From a virus (lineage: Duplodnaviria > Caudoviricetes), in the IMG/VR virus record IMGVR_UViG_3300036966_000119, positions 64,001-128,000 of that record: 64,000 nt of DNA. One strand, written 5' to 3'. This document shows, piece by piece, positions 58,501 to 64,000 of the stretch; the first letter of the stretch is position 1; each line of letters starts with the position of its first letter. The notes under the pieces were generated by a model. It had not been told where the DNA came from and did not search any database. It saw only the letters and a list, made by a program, of their open reading frames with translations. The position numbers and the translations under genes are program-made.

Positions 58501-60028
58501 CTACAGCACCACCAAGTGCACCACCACCTACACCGAAGTGAGATGGGAGATAGGTGGTTGAGTATGTGTAGTAACTACCACCACCTCCACCGCCAGCGAC
58601 AATGATACGTGACCACAGATCAATGTCAATAATCTTTGTTTCATTGTATATCGTTTTTGTCTGAACGGGGTCTCCGACGGTGAAATCATTACCAGTACCT
58701 TTTCCATGAATCTCATCATTTACAAGATCATACAATCCGTTTACAACAGTTGATTCATAATACTTCAGACCAACGCTCGTTATATCTGACACGGATATTG
58801 TACTGTCGTTTGCTCTTCTGATTACAAATCTGAAATAATGTGCTTGTGAAGGTATTTCAATTTTACTTTCACTTGATACCCATCCATCGTGATATGATAA
58901 AAATTGCTGATCAGAATCGTAAAAAATATAAAGCACTTCCAGATTAGTCGATGCTGTACCAGATACTGAGATATATTTATGAGCTGGATCGATCTGGATA
59001 TATGTCTGAGATCTAATTCGTATTGATTCAACAGATGAATCATCATTATCTTCACCCAGAGGTTGTGTCGTCGAATTTATTGAACCTTGTGAAAGTTGAA
59101 CATTTGAAACATCTATCTCAGTTCCAGTATTAACAAATGGAACGAAGAATCTCTTCAAGCCTGATGGATCAGATAGCTTCAAATACCTGACTGAAACTTT
59201 ACTGTTTTCTTTTACAGTACCATTGTAGTTTGCTGCAAACAGATAGATGTTGCACCCACTTGAAAAAGTCTTCGGCGATACAGAATAATCATCACCATTA
59301 ACGGTCAATACGTTATTAGCAAAAGACATCGTTGTATCTTCATCTTGACTCATGTGGGCTGGTATACCGGCATTACCATATGCGAAAACACCGGATATGG
59401 GTGTATAACTACTATTGCCCAAAGTTGTAAGATAATAGCTGTCACGCAACCATGAGCTTGAATTTGAATTCGAAGCAAATATTGTACCATAATTACTACT
59501 GCCAATATTACTATGTGGGGTAAATCTCATTTCAAAGGAAATATCATTTGAACCAATAACACCAGTGTCAAGGTACTGTGTTCCATCAGAACGAATATAT
59601 TCAACTTCAGTAAGCCAGTCTGGTACTTGATGCTGTACTGTGATTTCTCTACCACCTTCATTTGTCAAACGTACATCAGAAGCACCACCGCCACCACATC
59701 CATTTTTATATGATGAACTATATGACTTACCACCATCAGCACCACCGTTCCAACCTCCGGCACCAATAACACTTGTTGTGCCGACACCTCCATCACCACC
59801 AACGGCAGCATAGAAAGTTTTATCAGTTTGAAGGTCTAAGATACCATAAGATGTTCCACCGATTGGTGCTGGTGGTTTATTACTATCAGGGAAAGTACCA
59901 CCTTTGGCACCTTTACATATGAAGAGATACTTTCCGGGTGTTAATGAGAATTCTTCAACGTCACCTGTATATGAAAACGTCTTGTGTGGTTTCCATAATC
60001 TGTTTTTATAAACATACACGTCACCCAT
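55550..60028 (-). CDS. Glycine-rich (ALK/LTK Gly_rich-like) adhesin/tail-fibre protein with lectin-like inserts
   Basis: Two Gly-rich domains (GGGASDVR..RIIVAGGGGG..GGGGGGWFGG; GGGATDIR..RLIVAGGAGG), a VEYIRSDGTQYLDTG ConA-like module and a C-terminal propeller-like region. Confidence 0.75.
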   Translation of the reverse strand: MGDVYVYKNRLWKPHKTFSYTGDVEEFSLTPGKYLFICKGAKGGTFPDSNKPPAPIGGTSYGILDLQTDKTFYAAVGGDGGVGTTSVIGAGGWNGGADGGKSYSSSYKNGCGGGGASDVRLTNEGGREITVQHQVPDWLTEVEYIRSDGTQYLDTGVIGSNDISFEMRFTPHSNIGSSNYGTIFASNSNSSSWLRDSYYLTTLGNSSYTPISGVFAYGNAGIPAHMSQDEDTTMSFANNVLTVNGDDYSVSPKTFSSGCNIYLFAANYNGTVKENSKVSVRYLKLSDPSGLKRFFVPFVNTGTEIDVSNVQLSQGSINSTTQPLGEDNDDSSVESIRIRSQTYIQIDPAHKYISVSGTASTNLEVLYIFYDSDQQFLSYHDGWVSSESKIEIPSQAHYFRFVIRRANDSTISVSDITSVGLKYYESTVVNGLYDLVNDEIHGKGTGNDFTVGDPVQTKTIYNETKIIDIDLWSRIIVAGGGGGGSYYTYSTTYLPSHFGVGGGALGGAVGCYDTDQYYDMCADQTSGYSFGVGMTPPDKTTIMSYNAEGSGGGGGGWFGGYSTERTQERNTTAGGGGSGYVVTSSSYKPQDYVVDPDVLFTDICMMGGTAEQAGIIICKETLTIEAGDKLIFPLVGWMENIELPVGEYTFKCTGGDGGTRYTISNVARGGYSEGSLILEGGTPIFVRVGGSGIRYSYDYDQALLINPALAFNGGGAAGDPNDYRSTFGGGATDIRIVQDTLNHRLIVAGGAGGHGSAEKSGNRFGGAGGGTNGLWSNSIVGTVPGPGTQTESPNNTRVGGGFGYGGSGVAENNGFGGAGGSGWFGGSGCIPDSHADDDAGGCGGSGYVLTAESYKPTGYALGSEYYLSDTYMAANDVNHYYGIAKAEILVSSVNYMSFMCKDDEGLKYFDKTTETWTFLSDGDPTEEDFIQYGASRFYSDAGLLNNYTVYVYDPQSTGFTNVIFKVLPKEQEINVVEYTPNLLKKIIIDADIDTETTDFEVSGVRKGVAENARIEFTIKAKLNDIPNFEPKLYSITAQTQGEISYHEHEKKEKTIEHIDLLPVGSSTKVPSNNRSYIGGYIDAGQEAITSIESGVCCEHNRMIYCATLCNNRIVRFTKLNLLTNQISIVKDIPKSSMGGSSVYYGGLLADDDYLYIAASNQSFGKTIWRVPVEPNDDTIQPLSPGSDENFTAYGKMVWLDDHTFVINYNHGFYFYDTIRQRWTQHRSPSMNEICADFAVGKRFILTLYNGNSQTAWVYDMSTDTWYSFKDTFGQWTLKARNCCCYADGKFYITQQNYIYIINEDTMAATVDDGTPFAMRTVPTPYQSLIPRTIDCENGALYITITNSPTLYIYDIKSDRFTVTAMGLTMNYWDSSSNLYRPFTFKGFFFAANFKLYVANFTDYAKYNLGYKYDQFVIITNAEYEERFTYDERFVEFRDSYMVVHVGDITYPLIPYSDAEHITKFDVDKTEYDKIISVRLVTNKEEEDEDEPT

Positions 60029-60057
60029 TGTATCACCTCCTTTTACAAAAATAAAAA

Positions 60058-60477
60058 TTACTCTGATTCAATAGGTCTATAAGGTGTATCACTTGGTGAA
60101 TAGATTGCAACAAGAACATCCTCAGGCAGCTGATCGAGTTCTGCTTGTGAAGGAAGGTGATCGAAGGTAACAATCTGAGATTCGAAACCTACTATCTTCA
60201 ACTTACCTGTCGATTTGTCAGTAGCAAGATCAACGGAGGTGTAGTTTTCGATAACACGATAAACTGTTTCTTCATTAGGATCTACGACAAGAACATTTCT
60301 TGTATATTCTTTTCCTTCCTGGTAATCTTCAATAGAAGCATTACCACTTCCACCACCACCTATTTCGAGAAGTTCAAGCTTGTTAGCAAGTCTTTTAATG
60401 ATTGCTGCTTGTTCTTCTATGATTCTATTAAGACGGACGAATACTTCATCCATCGGTTCATTATTCATTGATGGCAT
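60058..60477 (-). CDS. Small coiled-coil protein with a possible CBM5/12-like module
   Basis: Coiled coil, GGGGSG linker, then IEDYQEGKEY..VLVV..VYRVIENYTS. Confidence 0.55.
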   Translation of the reverse strand: MPSMNNEPMDEVFVRLNRIIEEQAAIIKRLANKLELLEIGGGGSGNASIEDYQEGKEYTRNVLVVDPNEETVYRVIENYTSVDLATDKSTGKLKIVGFESQIVTFDHLPSQAELDQLPEDVLVAIYSPSDTPYRPIESE

Positions 60478-60499
60478 TTGAATATCTCCTTTCTTTCAT

Positions 60500-60703
60500 T
60501 TATGATTGCTCTTCAAGCCAATGATCAACTCTGGCTTCTATACGTTTGAGATCAGTATTTATTGATCCTTCGTTGTTTATAACTCCATCAAGAATTACTT
60601 CGAACTTAGCAACAACATAAGCCCAAGGTATTAATGCAACAGAGTCATTATCAGGAAGATCAAATACAACTGGTTGTTTTGCATCACGTGCCATAGAATA
60701 CAT
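60500..60703 (-). CDS. Small hypothetical protein
   Basis: 67 aa with AAAGGAG RBS; first gene of the fibre operon. Confidence 0.6.
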   Translation of the reverse strand: MYSMARDAKQPVVFDLPDNDSVALIPWAYVVAKFEVILDGVINNEGSINTDLKRIEARVDHWLEEQS

Positions 60704-60723
60704 CTCCTTTCATATATCACGTT

Positions 60724-60735
60724 TATGAAAGCGTT
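60724..60735 (-). promoter_or_regulatory. Candidate late promoter AACG-N6-TA
   Basis: AACGCTTTCATA between the terminator and the fibre operon. Confidence 0.35.
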
Positions 60736-60751
60736 CGATACTATTTATATA

Positions 60752-60788
60752 CAAAAAAAAAGAATTATAAGGGGGCATGTACGCCCCC
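60752..60788 (-). terminator. Intrinsic terminator
   Basis: GGGGGC-GTACAT-GCCCCC followed by a T-rich tract on the minus strand. Confidence 0.75.
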
Positions 60789-60906
60789 AAATATTCTTTT
60801 CCTGATATAACGAATACCTACCTTGCTACCGGTAGTTTGCTTCATGTATAGCCGCTTGCCAACGCGGTCTTCTACAATCGGTTATCGTGAATGGGTTTAT
60901 ACGAGT

Positions 60907-61851
60907 TTAGTTTTCAGCTACTACATTCTCGTATCTCTTATAGTTTTTGACAGTCTTTATTTTGCTGCCAATTCGTTCTGTATAGTATGAGCATCTGTGC
61001 ACATTACTCATTATATACTCAGAACGAAGTACGCCGTAATTGTTGATCACAGCTCGTGGGTATATTTTATTGACCTCACCAACGGTCATGTTTGGATCGA
61101 TATGTATCATGCATTCTTTGCATTTTCTGACGCCATAACGATCCACTCTACATTTTGCACATGTCATGCATGGATTAAATTCAACATAGTCATGTGCTTT
61201 TTTTAAAACTATTCCACCATCGAGCATTTCTGTCGATTCCTGGAGCAGAACATATTGTGCTTCAAGCTTCTCCAGGTTAGAAGCGTTTGTGTTATAGTAT
61301 AGCTGTTCTTTAGCAGAGTCCAGCTTCTCTTCTATTGATTTCACTCTTCTGAACTCATAAAGAGTAACAGTTAGAGCTTCCTCAAAGAAGGCTTTCAGAC
61401 CTCTATAGCGGCCCAGTGAAAACCACATATTCCTTGTGGAATTCTTAGTTATAGAAGCCCCGATGGATATCTTCTGCACTTCTAACTGGCATACACACCA
61501 GTCATATACAAAACGCAGAAATTCTTTAGGTCCATAACTATCTACGAAGCAACAGTTACGGAAATCGTCTCCCTCGGCCTGTGTCAGATTGTTGTAGCTT
61601 TTTATGAGAGCCTTCAGAACAATTTTTCCTGAGAGGCCGAGAGACTTAAGTTTATTATATATATCGATGAGCTTGTCTTCACCAACTTCAAAGAAGATTG
61701 GTGTTATAATTTTCGCTTCATCGCCTTGTACCAGCTTGATTGCTGGCGTGTGTCTTGGGCTTTCATCAAAGATGAATCCCACAGCTTTGGCAAATGCCTT
61801 AGCTTTTTCTAATTCTTTCATTCTACTACTGTTTTTAATTGTCATCATCAT
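60907..61851 (-). CDS. Hypothetical protein with C-terminal Cys cluster
   Basis: 314 aa; PCMTCAKC..KC..C; AAGGAGG RBS; preceded by promoter copy C. Confidence 0.7.
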   Translation of the reverse strand: MMMTIKNSSRMKELEKAKAFAKAVGFIFDESPRHTPAIKLVQGDEAKIITPIFFEVGEDKLIDIYNKLKSLGLSGKIVLKALIKSYNNLTQAEGDDFRNCCFVDSYGPKEFLRFVYDWCVCQLEVQKISIGASITKNSTRNMWFSLGRYRGLKAFFEEALTVTLYEFRRVKSIEEKLDSAKEQLYYNTNASNLEKLEAQYVLLQESTEMLDGGIVLKKAHDYVEFNPCMTCAKCRVDRYGVRKCKECMIHIDPNMTVGEVNKIYPRAVINNYGVLRSEYIMSNVHRCSYYTERIGSKIKTVKNYKRYENVVAEN

Positions 61852-61889
61852 CGCGATGACCTCCTTCTCTTTAAATATATATTACTAAT

Positions 61890-61972
61890 ATGAGCAAAGT
61901 GAATTGAAACGAGTTTCTTTTCGTTTTACCCATATAAATAATATATATATCTTGAAGGAGAAATAGTAGAAC
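61890..61972 (-). promoter_or_regulatory. Repeated AT-rich (putative early) promoter plus leader hairpin, copy C
   Basis: TTCTACTATTTC-N9-ATATATATATTATTTATATG, then GAAAAGAAAC-TC-GTTTCA. Confidence 0.55.
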
Positions 61973-61980
61973 GAAAGAGT

Positions 61981-62009
61981 GGGGTAAGGGTCTCAAACTT
62001 CCTTACCCC
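61981..62009 (-). terminator. Hairpin terminator
   Basis: GGGGTAAGG-N11-CCTTACCCC. Confidence 0.65.
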
Positions 62010-62048
62010 GGAAGTGATCATAACCATCGTCCATTGTAAATATCTTCA

Positions 62049-62174
62049 TCATCCATCGTAATCATCATCGTCATCATCGTCGATATAGTTATCACATGAC
62101 AATGATGTTACAAGAATACCTATAAGAATTGAGAGTATAGTTATAACTCCCCCTATTAACCATTTATTTTTCAT
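62049..62174 (-). CDS. 41-aa single-pass membrane peptide with poly-Asp tail
   Basis: MKNKWLIGGVITILSILIGILVTSLSCDNYIDDDDDDDYDG; ATGA overlap with the upstream stop; below the ORF-track cutoff. Confidence 0.55.
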   Translation of the reverse strand: MKNKWLIGGVITILSILIGILVTSLSCDNYIDDDDDDDYDG

Positions 62175-62443
62175 ACCAGTACCGTCCTTTCTGTATCGTT
62201 TATTTCTTTAGAGAGAAAGTCTCGTAAAGCTTCTGTAAATGCTTTGTCAAACTTTTCTCTGTAGGGCTTTGTGTTTTCAGAAACCCACATGGCTTCCGAT
62301 TCGTTTAATTCTATTTTATATGTGACACCGCCATATATGTTATATATGACGGTCCACTTGTCTGAATTACTGACTCTCGTTAAGTCTTTGAAAGTGTTCT
62401 GTAAGTCGAGTGTCGTCGTTTTGTAAACATCCATTATCTTCAT
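62171..62443 (-). CDS. Small hypothetical protein
   Basis: GGAGG RBS before ATG at 62443; overlaps the tail of the AAA gene. Confidence 0.55.
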   Translation of the reverse strand: MKIMDVYKTTTLDLQNTFKDLTRVSNSDKWTVIYNIYGGVTYKIELNESEAMWVSENTKPYREKFDKAFTEALRDFLSKEINDTERTVLV

Positions 62444-63617
62444 CTTTATACGCCTCCACGAGCTCATCAAGGGTCTTTCCAACCATTACGTCCAACTGAA
62501 GTTGTGCAAAGGTTGTTCCCTCTTTTATTTTTATATCTCCGTCGTATGTTTTTCCATAATGATGCATACAGAATTCATCAAATGTTTCTTTACATACTCC
62601 ATCGATCTCTATCTTCAAGTCGATTCTTCCGGGGCGTATTAAAGCCGGATCCAACTTGTCGATATGATTTGTTGTGAACACATAGATGGCGTTCGTTGGT
62701 GCATTGATACCGTCGAGAGAATTCAGTAATGATGCGAATCCGCCACCAGGTCTTTTGTTTTTGTCCTTGTCTTCTTCGGCTTCATCAGCTTTCATGAAAA
62801 TCGAAGTTCTGGCTTTCTCCTTAAAGCCACAATCGATGTCTTCGATAATGATGGTTCTATAAGAATCCTCTGTCATTGTGTCAGAGGGAATTTCTCTTCC
62901 TAACATAGTAGAGAATGACAGAACATCATCACCATAGATGAAATTTGTTACAGAATGGGTGTATTTTGATATGGCCTGAGCTATGCTGGATTTACCTGTA
63001 CCAGCAGGACCATATAGCAGAATACCGAAATGATATGGTATTCCATTCTGCTTGTACCAATCTCTGCGTTCGATAAATTTATCGATAGAATCAGTAATCA
63101 GTTTCTTCTTTGATGACTCAATAAATATGTCATCAAATGTCCTCATCTTGTGAGTCATTGACATTGATGCGAAGTTCTCCCTATCCTTGTGAAGATAACT
63201 CCACTTATCCCAATCTTTCTTTGATTCGATAACTCCCTTGTGGGTTATCTTCTCAATGAATAACTTGAGATTGGAGACATTGTTTTTTGTGTTGATGGTC
63301 CTCAGATAGTGTTTCTTTTCTCTATCGGAGTACATCCATATCGGAGTCCCATGATACAGAGTAAAGCATTCACCTCTAATGTCTACCGATAGGTCTGTTG
63401 TAAATTCGAATTTCAGATTGCCTGCTATTTCGGATGACTGAGTTGCACCCACTTTTTCTGGGATGTTTTTGAATATGTGTTTCAACACCGGTTGTGCCTT
63501 ATAGGCAATATCATCAATGCAGATAACGTAGGATGTCTGGTCCTTGATAAGTTTACCAAGTTTACCAAGTTTACCAGACAACTGCATGATGAATGGATTG
63601 ATTGGCATATGTTTCAT
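62367..63617 (-). CDS. BCS1-like AAA+ ATPase
   Basis: WYKQNGIPYHFGILLYGPAGTGKSS (Walker A), IIIEDIDC (Walker B), LLNSLDG, FTTNHIDKLDPALIRPGRID. Confidence 0.85.
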   Translation of the reverse strand: MKHMPINPFIMQLSGKLGKLGKLIKDQTSYVICIDDIAYKAQPVLKHIFKNIPEKVGATQSSEIAGNLKFEFTTDLSVDIRGECFTLYHGTPIWMYSDREKKHYLRTINTKNNVSNLKLFIEKITHKGVIESKKDWDKWSYLHKDRENFASMSMTHKMRTFDDIFIESSKKKLITDSIDKFIERRDWYKQNGIPYHFGILLYGPAGTGKSSIAQAISKYTHSVTNFIYGDDVLSFSTMLGREIPSDTMTEDSYRTIIIEDIDCGFKEKARTSIFMKADEAEEDKDKNKRPGGGFASLLNSLDGINAPTNAIYVFTTNHIDKLDPALIRPGRIDLKIEIDGVCKETFDEFCMHHYGKTYDGDIKIKEGTTFAQLQLDVMVGKTLDELVEAYKDEDNGCLQNDDTRLTEHFQRLNESQ

Positions 63618-63682
63618 TAAATGAATCCTCCTTAAATGTATTCATGTAAATAATATGTGTATGAATTTTTAAAATAATAAAA

Positions 63683-63701
63683 CCGGGGCATGAAGCCCCG
63701 G
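63683..63701 (-). terminator. Intrinsic terminator
   Basis: CCGGGGC-TTCAT-GCCCCGG followed by TTTTATT on the minus strand. Confidence 0.75.
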
Positions 63702-63705
63702 AATA

Positions 63706-64000
63706 TTATGTAATTATGTGATTCTTTAATTCATCCTTGATTTTCTTTTCGTATTTTCTATAGAGCTCACCAAGAGTCTGGCATCCGGAGGGATATAACC
63801 AGAAAATGGCAACAGTTGATGAAATCATTGATGCCATTGGTCTGACAACTGTATTTGAAGGAATGAATATTATATTATCAAGGTCTTCAACTTTTGTGTC
63901 TGAGAATTTCAATAAATCAACATATCTCTCTTCGTTTATAACAAGATCAATGAAGTTATAAACAGTCTTTGGTTTAAAAGATACTTGTCTTTGATCACCA
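63706..64000 (-). CDS. Partial hypothetical protein (starts beyond window end)
   Basis: The frame of the 68-aa ORF stays open to the window edge (..GDQRQVSFKPKTVYNFIDLV..). Confidence 0.6.
   Translation of the reverse strand, partial: GDQRQVSFKPKTVYNFIDLVINEERYVDLLKFSDTKVEDLDNIIFIPSNTVVRPMASMISSTVAIFWLYPSGCQTLGELYRKYEKKIKDELKNHIIT

Noticed and set aside
60790-60905. Possible ncRNA in the relatively GC-rich gap (CCGC/GCGG stem, CTACCGGTAG palindrome)
   Set aside because: Only short stems and no recognisable RNA family; insufficient evidence.
1-64000. Stop-codon reassignment, tRNA or rRNA genes
   Set aside because: Genes are long and tightly packed under the standard code, and no cloverleaf or rRNA-like sequence was seen in the short intergenic gaps.

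Overview
This window is a ~64 kb virion-morphogenesis segment of a large myovirus-type jumbo phage of the phiKZ/AR9-like multisubunit-RNAP kind. It is AT-rich, reads in the standard genetic code and has Firmicutes-style AGGAGG RBSs. The head module has a stand-alone RNAP beta C-terminal subunit, a gp25-like wedge, a paralogous family of inner-head proteins, a prohead protease and the major capsid protein; many of these share hydrophobic-x-(Q)E-[A/S/G] candidate maturation sites. Further along are a 2752-aa tape-measure/peptidoglycan-hydrolase protein, a RusA resolvase whose 3' end is duplicated around an HNH endonuclease, a gp6-like baseplate protein, a large tail-fibre/adhesin cluster and a BCS1-like AAA+ ATPase. 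Four observations stand out. (1) A Ruminococcus-type dockerin sits inside a tail-fibre-like protein, suggesting a cellulosome-bearing host and possibly cohesin-mediated adsorption. (2) Dispersed mini-cassettes (promoter, leader hairpin, small KKxTKKxVxxEKKHP membrane peptide, terminator) occur twice. (3) Two insertions leave a duplicated gene end (rusA 3' end; 5' end of a fibre-associated gene). (4) Two candidate promoter classes are visible. All product calls come from motif recognition by eye; no database search was run.
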